Below, piece by piece: positions 16,010 through 24,376 of a DNA stretch of 26,309 bases (position 1 is the stretch's first letter; each line of letters opens with the position of its first letter). The stretch covers positions 1 through 26,309 of the IMG/VR virus record IMGVR_UViG_3300002307_001784. One strand, written 5' to 3'. The notes under the pieces were generated by a model. That model was not told where the DNA came from, made no database searches, and saw nothing but the letters and a program-made list of their open reading frames with translations. The DNA comes from a virus (taxonomy: Duplodnaviria > Caudoviricetes). The position numbers and the translations under genes were made by a program.

Positions 16010-17554
16010 ATGTTATATAAAAAAGTTTTCAGCTTCGCTACAGTTGTATTATTAACTGCTTTTACATTGAGCAGTATTGCAGCCTACTATTCTATTCAAG
16101 GGTTAGTGGCAATTTTCTCTGCGGCAGCAGTCCCCATCATGATAATGGGCGGATCTTTAGAATTTGCTAAAGTTATCACTACGATTTGGCTGCACAATTA
16201 TTGGAATCGTGCTGGGTGGCAAATCAAACTATACCTGACACCAGCTATAATAGCTCTTGCATTTTTAACCAGTATGGGTATCTTTGGATACTTGAGTAAA
16301 GCGCACAGTGATCAATCTTTAGTGGGTGGCGATGTTGGTGCTAAAGTTGCAATCTATGATGAAAAGATCAACATAGCTAAAAGTAACATAGATGCAAATC
16401 GTAAGGCTTTGCAGCAAATGGATGCTCAAGTAGATCAGTTACTAGGCCGTACTACAGACGATAAAGGTGCAAATCGCGCTGTTCAAGTGCGAAAGCAACA
16501 AAAGGTAGAGCGCACTAGACTGCAAAATGAGATTGCAACAGACCAGGAAACTATCAGCAAGTTAAATGAAGAGGCTGCTCCTATCCGCGCGCAAGTGCGT
16601 AAAGTTGAGGCAGAAGTAGGTCCTATCAAATATATTGCTGCACTGCTATATGGTGACAATCCAGACAATAATTTATTAGAGCGCGCCGTACGCTGGGTTA
16701 TCATACTCATTGTATTGGTATTTGACCCTCTGGCATTGACACTCGTGCTAGCCGCACAAAGTAGTTATAGATGGCTAGACGAAGACTTGAAGAAAAAAGA
16801 TGAAGATGAAGCTGACGAAAAGTTCAAAGAGACATTCTTAAACAGTAAGGGTTCGATTGATCCTGCCATTGACCTAGAAGAAATAGTTCACGATAAATGC
16901 GGAACACCAGAATGCTGCGGGCAGTGCGACACTACTATTGATGCTGATTTTCTAGAAAAGCTTAATGCAATAGATAAAAGTCATGAATTAAAGGATAAAG
17001 AAGATGTTTCAGAAATTATACAACCAGATATTATTGAACCAGATGATGTGGGTGGACAAGATGTACATGAAGAACCTACTCCCGATGCAGATGAACATGT
17101 GGAAGAACTGGAACACGTTGAAGAACCGGTTAAAGAAATAAAACCTATCACTCAAATTCGGACAGAAGGTGTTACAATAGAGGAAAGCGATGGTAGTAGC
17201 CATGTAGTATATAATGGCAAGTCAATAAGTAAAGAAGCGTTGATTGGAATGCATCCTGAGTTTTTTGCAGTGCCGGATAATGCAAAGCAGTCAGATACTA
17301 GTTTTGGGATAGAGTTTCCTAAATTCGCTAAAAAAGGTGATGTTTTTGTAAGAGTAGATTCGTTACCTAATCGTGTATTCAAATTCGACGGTACAAAATG
17401 GATTGAAGTAAATAAAGACTTATCGGACACATATCTATATGACGAAGAATATATTCGGTATCTAATCACCAAATTATCACAAGGTGAATATGATATAGAG
17501 TTGTTAAGCGAAAACGAAAGAGAGCAAATTGAAATATATTTGCGTCAAAATTAA
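16010..17554 (+). CDS. multi-pass membrane protein with coiled coil and acidic C-terminal region
   Basis: TAAATA at 16000-16005. Three N-terminal TMs, a coiled coil, a fourth TM (IILIVLVFDPLA), an acidic linker and a C-terminal GDVFVRVD.LPNRVFKFDGTKWIE domain. Confidence 0.8.
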   Translation: MLYKKVFSFATVVLLTAFTLSSIAAYYSIQGLVAIFSAAAVPIMIMGGSLEFAKVITTIWLHNYWNRAGWQIKLYLTPAIIALAFLTSMGIFGYLSKAHSDQSLVGGDVGAKVAIYDEKINIAKSNIDANRKALQQMDAQVDQLLGRTTDDKGANRAVQVRKQQKVERTRLQNEIATDQETISKLNEEAAPIRAQVRKVEAEVGPIKYIAALLYGDNPDNNLLERAVRWVIILIVLVFDPLALTLVLAAQSSYRWLDEDLKKKDEDEADEKFKETFLNSKGSIDPAIDLEEIVHDKCGTPECCGQCDTTIDADFLEKLNAIDKSHELKDKEDVSEIIQPDIIEPDDVGGQDVHEEPTPDADEHVEELEHVEEPVKEIKPITQIRTEGVTIEESDGSSHVVYNGKSISKEALIGMHPEFFAVPDNAKQSDTSFGIEFPKFAKKGDVFVRVDSLPNRVFKFDGTKWIEVNKDLSDTYLYDEEYIRYLITKLSQGEYDIELLSENEREQIEIYLRQN

Positions 17555-17587
17555 CAACTAGCCAAAACACGAGTGATAAGTATTAAT

Positions 17588-18787
17588 ATGTCGGATAAAA
17601 AATTACAATATTGCTCTTTTTGTGGTGCCCACAAAGAAAAAGTAAACAAACTAATCGTAGGAGAAGAGGTTGCAATATGCAGTGATTGTATTGCATTATG
17701 CACCCAACTCATTGATGATGACAAAAAGATAGTTGCAGAAAAAACTATATCGTCAAAAAACTTTGATGCAATAAGTATCAAAGAACACCTTGATAGGTTA
17801 GTGATAGGTCAGGATACTGCTAAGCAAATATTAGCAGTTGCAATTAGCAACCATTATAAGCGTATCAACAATCCTCCCAAAGATTTAGACATGCAAAAAG
17901 GCAATGTCTTATTACTGGGCCCAACTGGATCAGGTAAAACACTGTTAGCTAAAAGCGTTGCAAAATACTTGAATGTACCTTTTGTAATAGCAGATGCAAC
18001 TAATTTAACAGAAGCCGGTTATGTAGGTGAAGATGTTGAATCTATGATTAGCATGTTGTTAAGCGTTGCAGAATACGATGTGGCAAAAGCAGAAAAGGGC
18101 ATTGTGTTCATTGACGAGATTGACAAGATCGCGCGCAAAAGCGAAAGCACTAGTATTACCCGTGACGTTAGTGGTGAAGGAGTCCAACAAGCATTGTTGA
18201 AACTTGTTGAGGGAACCAAATGCCGAGTAAGTCCAGCTGGGAAAAGAAAGCATCCGCAAGGTGAAATGATTGAAGTTGACACTAGTAATATATTGTTTAT
18301 AGCAGGTGGAGCATTCGTAGGTATCGAAAACATCATTAAGAGTAGAACACAGGGTTCTACTATTGGGTTTGGTGCAGACGTAAAGAGCAAACATGATAAA
18401 CAAGATATCAGTGTAATAATGCCCGACGATCTTACTAAGTATGGAATGATTCCTGAATTTATTGGTAGATTTACCACGACAGTTGCGTTAGAAGAGCTTA
18501 CACTTGATCAGCTTATCAAAATATTGACTGAGGTAAAAAACAACTTTATAGATCAGTATAAGCATCTATTTAAAATTGATGACATTGATTTGCAGTTTAC
18601 TGACGAGGCATTGGCAAAAATTGCACAAAACTGTTTAGATTTACATGTAGGTGCTAGAGGGTTGCATACCGAGATTGAGCGTATATTGATGCCCCATATG
18701 TTTCATATCAGAAAATATCAAGAAATGGGTATGACAGAACTACTCATTGACATCAATCTAGTTAATGAACCAAAAAGAATAATTTAA
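17588..18787 (+). CDS. clpX: ATP-dependent Clp protease ATP-binding subunit ClpX
   Basis: Zn domain CSFC..CSDC, Walker A GPTGSGKT, GYVGEDVE pore loop, Walker B FIDEIDK, RDVSGEGVQQ, RKH, IGF loop and GARGL. The start is the ATG at 17588 after TAAGTA. Confidence 0.95.
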   Translation: MSDKKLQYCSFCGAHKEKVNKLIVGEEVAICSDCIALCTQLIDDDKKIVAEKTISSKNFDAISIKEHLDRLVIGQDTAKQILAVAISNHYKRINNPPKDLDMQKGNVLLLGPTGSGKTLLAKSVAKYLNVPFVIADATNLTEAGYVGEDVESMISMLLSVAEYDVAKAEKGIVFIDEIDKIARKSESTSITRDVSGEGVQQALLKLVEGTKCRVSPAGKRKHPQGEMIEVDTSNILFIAGGAFVGIENIIKSRTQGSTIGFGADVKSKHDKQDISVIMPDDLTKYGMIPEFIGRFTTTVALEELTLDQLIKILTEVKNNFIDQYKHLFKIDDIDLQFTDEALAKIAQNCLDLHVGARGLHTEIERILMPHMFHIRKYQEMGMTELLIDINLVNEPKRII

Positions 18788-18830
18788 CCAAAATAGTAGA
18801 ATATTTTGCAAAAGTTGCTATTATACATAT

Positions 18831-18892
18831 TGTTGTAGATGCTATAAAGGTCTACAACATAGTCTTGCTTAAACATAAGGAGATAAAACATG
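18831..18892 (+). promoter_or_regulatory. ROSE-like RNA thermometer in the hsp20 5' UTR
   Basis: 5' hairpin TGTTGTAGA/TCTACAACA (18831-18859), then TCTT(G)CTTA-AACA-TAAGGAGA (18863-18883). UUGCU pairs with the SD, leaving a bulged G. Confidence 0.75.
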
Positions 18893-19348
18893 ACTAATCA
18901 ACTAACCCTTCGTTCCCTCGACATTCCTGGAATTCATAAGTTTGGTATTGGATTTGACAATATCTTTGATGAATTAATGCGTGTAAACGCCCAGCAATCA
19001 AATGTCAACTATCCCCCATACAACATTGTAAAGCACAGTGAAGACGAATTTGCCATTGAACTTGCTGTTGCAGGATTCAAGGAAGGTGATATCAACATTA
19101 CTGTTGAAAAGAACATTCTTACTATCAAAGGTGAACAGGCAATCAAGGTTTACAATGAGGATCAACCTGAGCCTGAATATGTGCATCGTGGAATTAGTGC
19201 CCGAGACTTTGCTCGCACATTTACACTAGCAGACCATGTTGAAGTAGTCGGAGCTAAGGTAGAGAATGGTATTCTCACTATTGCATTGGAGCGTCAGGTT
19301 CCTGAGGAACAGAAGCCAAAGACAATTCAAATCTCATATAATAAGTGA
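18890..19348 (+). CDS. hsp20: small heat shock protein (Hsp20/IbpA family)
   Basis: IGFD, NYPPYNI, IELAVAGF, YVHRGISARDF.RTFTLA, ENGILTI.L and PEEQKPKTIQI (IxI motif). Confidence 0.95.
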   Translation: MTNQLTLRSLDIPGIHKFGIGFDNIFDELMRVNAQQSNVNYPPYNIVKHSEDEFAIELAVAGFKEGDINITVEKNILTIKGEQAIKVYNEDQPEPEYVHRGISARDFARTFTLADHVEVVGAKVENGILTIALERQVPEEQKPKTIQISYNK

Positions 19349-19373
19349 TTTGCAATTATTTAGACCAAAGTTG

Positions 19374-19436
19374 TTGACATTGGCTTAAAAAGTAATATAA
19401 ATAATATTGTGCTAGCGGGTATAGTGCCCGCTAGCA
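19374..19436 (+). promoter_or_regulatory. clpS promoter region (TTGACA plus perfect TATAAATA) with a strong 12-bp leader hairpin
   Basis: TTGACA at 19374-19379 and TATAAATA at 19396-19403. Hairpin TGCTAGCGGGTA-TAG-TGCCCGCTAGCA at 19410-19436. Confidence 0.7.
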
Positions 19437-19457
19437 ATCATGTAAGGATTAAAAAAT

Positions 19458-19763
19458 ATGGCAAATACCGAACTCAACAGTAAGATCAAGCCTAACTTTG
19501 CATTGCAGGAACCCCCTCTATTCAAGGTTATCTATGTTAATGACGATCATACTTCAATGGAGTTTGTAGTTAGCTCACTGATTGACTATTTTCATTATAA
19601 CCCAGATACAGCAGATAAGATTACAGTAGATATTCATGACAATGGAAGCGCAGTTGTTGCAGTACTTCCCTATGAAATTGCTGAGCAGCGCGGGATTGAA
19701 GTCACCCTCGACGCTCGTGCCCAGGGATATCCGCTTCAAGTAAAGGTTGAAGCGGACGTATAA
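19458..19763 (+). CDS. clpS: ATP-dependent Clp protease adaptor ClpS
   Basis: [36 protein letters not shown] and [16 protein letters not shown]. Confidence 0.92.
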   Translation: MANTELNSKIKPNFALQEPPLFKVIYVNDDHTSMEFVVSSLIDYFHYNPDTADKITVDIHDNGSAVVAVLPYEIAEQRGIEVTLDARAQGYPLQVKVEADV

Positions 19764-20367
19764 TACGGGTTCTTCCCCGGTGCCATCCATTAGGTATACT
19801 ATCGGCACCGGGTATTCTTCTATTCTCTTCCCCGTCTGTAATCCATATTAATAAACTAAATGCTTTCCCCTTTGCGAGGCGGTGTTCTATGGAATGTTTT
19901 TTTCCGATCATTGTTTTACTGTGATTCAGGTTTTGTTCAAGGGAGTGCTTTTTTCCTCGGCATCTATCTCCTATAGCCTTGCATTGCTCTGGTGTTCTTT
20001 TTATACCTTTGCTATGTTGGTTTCCGATTTTAGCTGCTGCCATTTTTGCTCTAGTGCTGATTGATCTAGTTGCCCCGGATGCACCATCGCCTCCGTCAGT
20101 TTTATTGCGAAGGATACCGGTGTTAATGTCTTTTCTTCCATACCATCTTATTAGGCGCCTCTCAATTGCAAGTGCACCGACGTCGGATAAGTTTGTTTCT
20201 ACGATAACTATGTTAGTATGGTCTTTAGGAGGAGAGATTTCACGTTTCATTTTTGTCCACGCTCTTGCATCTTTTCCCTTGCCGATATAATACGGTGTTC
20301 CGTTTGCCCGGAAATATGCGTATACGTAGAAACCTGAGGGATGGTTAGTCTTTGAGTAAATAGTCAT
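19702..20367 (-). CDS. free-standing GIY-YIG-like homing endonuclease with NUMOD3 repeats
   Basis: [22 protein letters not shown]...[10 protein letters not shown]...[10 protein letters not shown], repeated GKKHS motifs and C-terminal WITDG...GWHRGR. AAGGAG RBS. It overlaps the clpS 3' end by 62 nt on the opposite strand. Confidence 0.8.
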   Translation of the reverse strand: MTIYSKTNHPSGFYVYAYFRANGTPYYIGKGKDARAWTKMKREISPPKDHTNIVIVETNLSDVGALAIERRLIRWYGRKDINTGILRNKTDGGDGASGATRSISTRAKMAAAKIGNQHSKGIKRTPEQCKAIGDRCRGKKHSLEQNLNHSKTMIGKKHSIEHRLAKGKAFSLLIWITDGEENRRIPGADSIPNGWHRGRTRIIRPLQPLLEADIPGHERRG

Positions 20368-20424
20368 TGCTAATGCTCCTTGTAAGCGTTAGAGTAGTTG
20401 GGGACGCCAATCCCGCGAACTACA
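20368..20424 (+). ncRNA. candidate structured antisense RNA (two hairpins), copy 2
   Basis: Hairpin A is CTAATGCT-CCTTGTA-AGCGTTAG (20370-20392). Hairpin B is GTAGTT-G-GGGA-CGCCAA-TCCC-GCG-AACTAC (20394-20423). Flanked by TAAATA (+, 20357-20362) and TAAATA (-, 20429-20434). Confidence 0.6.
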
Positions 20425-20444
20425 TCTTTATTTATTACACCTGA

Positions 20445-21149
20445 TTAAATTCCCACTCCGATACTGATAGTTAAGCGTTTTGCGTAATAGATATTAGAAA
20501 CTCTAGGGTTATTCACGTACCTAATATTCTCTATTTCTGTATCAACACTTTTGTCATAGCTTCCGAACACCCAGTTAGTTACCTTCTTTTCAGTGTCAGT
20601 AGAAAGAGCAGTTATTAATGGTGTTTGATCATCAGCTATAATAGGTTTTTCTTTAAAATATAGATCATCGTGAGGAACTGCACTAGTTACCACGATGATC
20701 TTTTTTATATCCAAATGTCTCTGTAATTTATGAATACTGTATTTAAGGTATTCTATTTCTTGCTCTCTAGCAAATACAGTTAATACGTCATCTATCATTG
20801 GGTTACCTGCATTACTGAAACCGTTTATACCCGTGATAGCAACGCCGTCAATAGTAGCAACATGACGATTTAGTAAGCATACATTTGGAATATTTTTTAC
20901 TAGAGTCAATATTTCAAACAATCTTTCAGGAACACTGTTTCCTGTTTCAAACTCTAAATGTCCTGGGACATAAAAAACACCTTGGTAAAATTGGCCAAGG
21001 TGTAATAGTGTTTGTCTTACTACTCTGAGGTTCGTGCTTATATTACCTGCTACTATACAGTATAAACTAGTAGCTTTATTTTCCCAGTTAAAACTATCAT
21101 TGATTGATAGATTTAAATCTCCAATTACATCAAATCCTATATCTTGCAT
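20445..21149 (-). CDS. calcineurin-like metallophosphoesterase fold protein, degenerate active site
   Basis: The motif order is kept but the ligands are altered: VIGDLN, VAGNI, YVPGHLE, VVTSAVP, WVFGSY, RYVNNP. Confidence 0.65.
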   Translation of the reverse strand: MQDIGFDVIGDLNLSINDSFNWENKATSLYCIVAGNISTNLRVVRQTLLHLGQFYQGVFYVPGHLEFETGNSVPERLFEILTLVKNIPNVCLLNRHVATIDGVAITGINGFSNAGNPMIDDVLTVFAREQEIEYLKYSIHKLQRHLDIKKIIVVTSAVPHDDLYFKEKPIIADDQTPLITALSTDTEKKVTNWVFGSYDKSVDTEIENIRYVNNPRVSNIYYAKRLTISIGVGI

Positions 21150-21154
21150 ATTAG

Positions 21155-21424
21155 TTACTTGGTGGTTTTGTTTCTGGGCTTCCTTGTAGCTTTTACTTTG
21201 GCTACTTCAGCTTTTACTTCATCTTCTAATGAGGCAGCTTTAGCTTTGGTCTTCTTAACTACCTCTACTACTTCTGTTTCAATTTTAGTGATAGTTTCTT
21301 CTACCGCAGTAATAGTATCTACCACTTCGCTATTCGTAGTGTTTGAACTAACTTTAGCGTTGAAGTACAAATAACTAAAATAGCTTGCGGCTGCTAATAT
21401 TAATAATCCTAGTAGTAGTTCCAT
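21155..21424 (-). CDS. small membrane-anchored protein with Lys-rich tail
   Basis: AAGGAG RBS and TAAATA (-) at 21451-21456. N-terminal TM. Confidence 0.7.
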   Translation of the reverse strand: MELLLGLLILAAASYFSYLYFNAKVSSNTTNSEVVDTITAVEETITKIETEVVEVVKKTKAKAASLEDEVKAEVAKVKATRKPRNKTTK

Positions 21425-21450
21425 GACAATCTCCTTTGAAAACTACATAG

Positions 21451-21513
21451 TATTTATCGGGTAAAAGAAATGGTTATATTTTAGTCGCGTAAGATTGACT
21501 AAACCGATAAATA
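21451..21513. promoter_or_regulatory. divergent late-type TAAATA promoters
   Basis: TATTTA at 21451-21456 (- strand box) and TAAATA at 21508-21513, 5 nt before the ATG at 21519. Confidence 0.6.
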
Positions 21514-21518
21514 GACAT

Positions 21519-23039
21519 ATGCGTGATATATTAGATAGATTAGAAGTTCTCAATGAGAGCACAGGTTTGGCAGGTCGCAAACCAGGTGATACCTTTAAGG
21601 GTGATGACAATGTATTGACATTCAACAGTATAAAGTTTTATCCTGAAAGTGGCAAGCTTACTCCAGAAGAGCTTAACCTTAATTTAGCAAACACTGATAA
21701 TGTAGTTTGGCAAAACAGTAGAACTCCTAGAACAGGAGGATTCGCTATTGTTGAATTTGACAGTGAGAATGGTCCTGTGTTAATAGGTAGATTCTTAGAA
21801 CAAATCAAAACTAATTTCACTGATAACTACGTTCCTAATACTTTTGTTATAGATGGAATTACATACAAATACGGTGGTAAAAGTGCGGAAAAAGCACAAG
21901 CAGGATTGACCCCTCAGGATTTGTTAACCGATAAAATTGATTTGTCTAGTAACGATATTCTTACTCAACTAGCAGAAAGTTTGGGAACAAAAAATGTTAT
22001 GTATGAAGTTGCATATAGAATTGGAAACGGAGAACCTCTTCCGTTGAGTTTTACTGCTCCTACTGACATCAGCTTTAGTGCATTTCGTGACTACTTCTGT
22101 GAAATCTTACAACCTATCGCATTACAGCGTGGTCAATACACCGGCAATGCAGGTGAGGCTGCTGAAATTTTCTTAGGTGGAAGCTTTGATGGAACAGTAA
22201 TCAGTTTTGATAATACGAAAACTGCCGGACTAAGTGATAGCATCATGACTGCCGAAGATGGAAGATCGGTGAAAATTAGCACAAAAGGCGGCAAAGGTGC
22301 CACTGCCAGTGCAAAGAATTTAATTGATAGCGTTGAAGAGTTAAGCCAGACTAAAGATGGTAGAAAAATTCTAGACAAATACAGCGATGTTATTGAAATG
22401 TTGCGTGAAGTACAGAGTAGGGGTCAAGCTGGTGCGCCGCTATATCTTGGTGTCAAATATGATATTATTTCTGAAAATGATGCAGAAGAGATTAAGAACT
22501 TGAAAAACGAAGGTCCCATTGATCTAAATGCCATAGAAAATGTTGGCCTTAGTGATAATCTAGTCAATCTTGCATTAAGTCGTAGCACTGACAATCCAGG
22601 TAAGGTAAGTTTATACTATCACTTGATGGCGGCCGTTGCGCATAAAGCTGCGATTGAGGTCAATGATAAAACTGATTTTAGTGATGCAGCAGCAGAAATA
22701 TTAAACAATGGTGCATTAGTTCAGGTATACACTAAAGCAAGACAGGGTAAAGACACCTGGACACTAGACGAGTTTAACACCGTTTATCCTGGTAAAAGCA
22801 TTAAGGGTGTTTACTTTAGTGCAGGCAAAACGTATTACAGCACCGGTATCAAAGGGAACTTTACCTTTAAGATTGACAAGGGATCAGGCAAGCCTAAAGA
22901 CGATGAAGTAGTTAACACTCCATTACCAACTGAAAAAGAGTTTGTAAAGGGTGCCGAAAAGATTAGCAAGGGTAGAGTTAATACAGGGTTCGACAAGCCT
23001 GATATTCCTGTAGGAAATGTAGGCAGAAAGAAACGATAA
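21519..23039 (+). CDS. large hypothetical late protein (possible virion/internal head protein)
   Basis: Late-type promoter directly upstream. N-terminus MRDILDRLEVLNES. Contains a D...ISTK segment (GLSDSIM..VKISTKGG). Confidence 0.7.
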   Translation: MRDILDRLEVLNESTGLAGRKPGDTFKGDDNVLTFNSIKFYPESGKLTPEELNLNLANTDNVVWQNSRTPRTGGFAIVEFDSENGPVLIGRFLEQIKTNFTDNYVPNTFVIDGITYKYGGKSAEKAQAGLTPQDLLTDKIDLSSNDILTQLAESLGTKNVMYEVAYRIGNGEPLPLSFTAPTDISFSAFRDYFCEILQPIALQRGQYTGNAGEAAEIFLGGSFDGTVISFDNTKTAGLSDSIMTAEDGRSVKISTKGGKGATASAKNLIDSVEELSQTKDGRKILDKYSDVIEMLREVQSRGQAGAPLYLGVKYDIISENDAEEIKNLKNEGPIDLNAIENVGLSDNLVNLALSRSTDNPGKVSLYYHLMAAVAHKAAIEVNDKTDFSDAAAEILNNGALVQVYTKARQGKDTWTLDEFNTVYPGKSIKGVYFSAGKTYYSTGIKGNFTFKIDKGSGKPKDDEVVNTPLPTEKEFVKGAEKISKGRVNTGFDKPDIPVGNVGRKKR

Positions 23040-23650
23040 TGCGCGCAATAGAAATACTACGTGAATATGAAACACTAGATGAAATTACTAGGCCAAATAT
23101 AGATGCCGCAGAACAAATTTTACGAAATGCTGGTTATAAGGGTATGGGAACAGGCATATCAGGAAGAGTGTTCAATAAGCCTGGTGCCGACCATGTATTA
23201 AAATTATTTCATTCATATGATACTGCATATTTAAAATTTGTAAATCTAGCACAGAACAATAACAATATTCATTTTCCAAAATTCAAAGGTAAATTAATAA
23301 AAGTTAATGCCCAGTATTATGCAATACAAATGGAAAAATTAACACCGGTACCTGATTCTTCCGGTAGTTATTTACCAAGCTCTGCTTCTCTTTTGTCAAA
23401 TAAGGTATCAGCTACATTAAGTGCATACTTAGATATACTAGCCGGAAGACCTTCCAAATACGGTTATCCATCTATTGAAGTCACTGAAATAAGAATGGAT
23501 GAGTTTGAAGAAGATCAACCCGGTATAAAAGAAGCATGTCACTTAATTTCCGATATATTAGATAACACTATGATAGTAGACTTGCACCAATATAACATGA
23601 TGTTACGTGGTCAAACTTTAGTGATCACTGACCCGGTAGTTTTTGACTAA
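23039..23650 (+). CDS. protein kinase-like protein resembling the T7 gp0.7 kinase domain
   Basis: Gly loop MGTGISGRVF, VLKLF Lys, hinge IQMEKL, catalytic DLHQYNMM and metal-binding VITDPV. Confidence 0.75.
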   Translation: MRAIEILREYETLDEITRPNIDAAEQILRNAGYKGMGTGISGRVFNKPGADHVLKLFHSYDTAYLKFVNLAQNNNNIHFPKFKGKLIKVNAQYYAIQMEKLTPVPDSSGSYLPSSASLLSNKVSATLSAYLDILAGRPSKYGYPSIEVTEIRMDEFEEDQPGIKEACHLISDILDNTMIVDLHQYNMMLRGQTLVITDPVVFD

Positions 23651-23728
23651 TCATTTTTATCCAATATGCTTGATAAATCATCAATCTTCGTATAGTATTA
23701 GCTTCTAACTCAAACAGAAGGATATTAA

Positions 23729-24310
23729 ATGAATCTCGTACCTATCGTCCTTGAACAGACCTCTCGCGGTGAACGTTCATACGACATTTATTCAAGATTG
23801 CTTAAGGATCGTGTTATTTTGCTTGAAGGCGAAGTGCATGATCAAATGGCTAATCTTATTGTAGCACAGTTATTATATCTTGAATCAGAAAATCCCGATG
23901 CAGATATCAATCTTTATATCAATAGTCCTGGTGGAAGTGTCACTGCTGGCCTAGCGATTCTTGATACCATGGACTTCATTAAGTGTGATGTATCAACTAT
24001 TGCTATCGGAAGTGTATGCTCGATGGGTTCGCTCTTAGCAAGTTCCGGCACTAAGGGCAAGCGTTTCATTCTCCCTCGGGCCCGACACATGGTTCATTCT
24101 GTATCTGGCGGTTCTCGCGGAACTGTATGGGACGCTGAAATTCAAATGGAAGAAATGGTACGCTTGAACAACCTTCTCACAGAGGTTTACGCTAATAACA
24201 CCGGTAAAACAATTGACGAACTTAAGGCTGCAATGGCCCGCGACAACTACATGGATGCTCATGCATCTGTAGAGTTTGGGCTAGCAGATAAGGTTCTCAC
24301 TTCTCGGTAA
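23729..24310 (+). CDS. clpP: ATP-dependent Clp protease proteolytic subunit ClpP
   Basis: [28 protein letters not shown] and [10 protein letters not shown]. Catalytic triad S (CSMGS), H (MVHS), D (RDNYM). Candidate promoter TTGATA-N17-TAGTAT at 23670-23698. Confidence 0.95.
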   Translation: MNLVPIVLEQTSRGERSYDIYSRLLKDRVILLEGEVHDQMANLIVAQLLYLESENPDADINLYINSPGGSVTAGLAILDTMDFIKCDVSTIAIGSVCSMGSLLASSGTKGKRFILPRARHMVHSVSGGSRGTVWDAEIQMEEMVRLNNLLTEVYANNTGKTIDELKAAMARDNYMDAHASVEFGLADKVLTSR

Positions 24311-24341
24311 TGGTTATCTCATAAAGCTGTAAAAAAATAGG

Positions 24342-24370
24342 TTGACAATATGCTCGTTTGGGCGTATTGT
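24342..24370 (+). promoter_or_regulatory. sigma70-type promoter (likely leaderless mRNA)
   Basis: A-tract, TTGACA (24342-24347)-N17-TATTGT. ATG at 24377. Confidence 0.7.
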
Positions 24371-24376
24371 CAGCTT

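Noticed and set aside
19410-19436. Hairpin as an intrinsic terminator for hsp20
   Set aside because: There is no U tract on either side, and it lies just downstream of a promoter box. It is kept as a leader hairpin instead.
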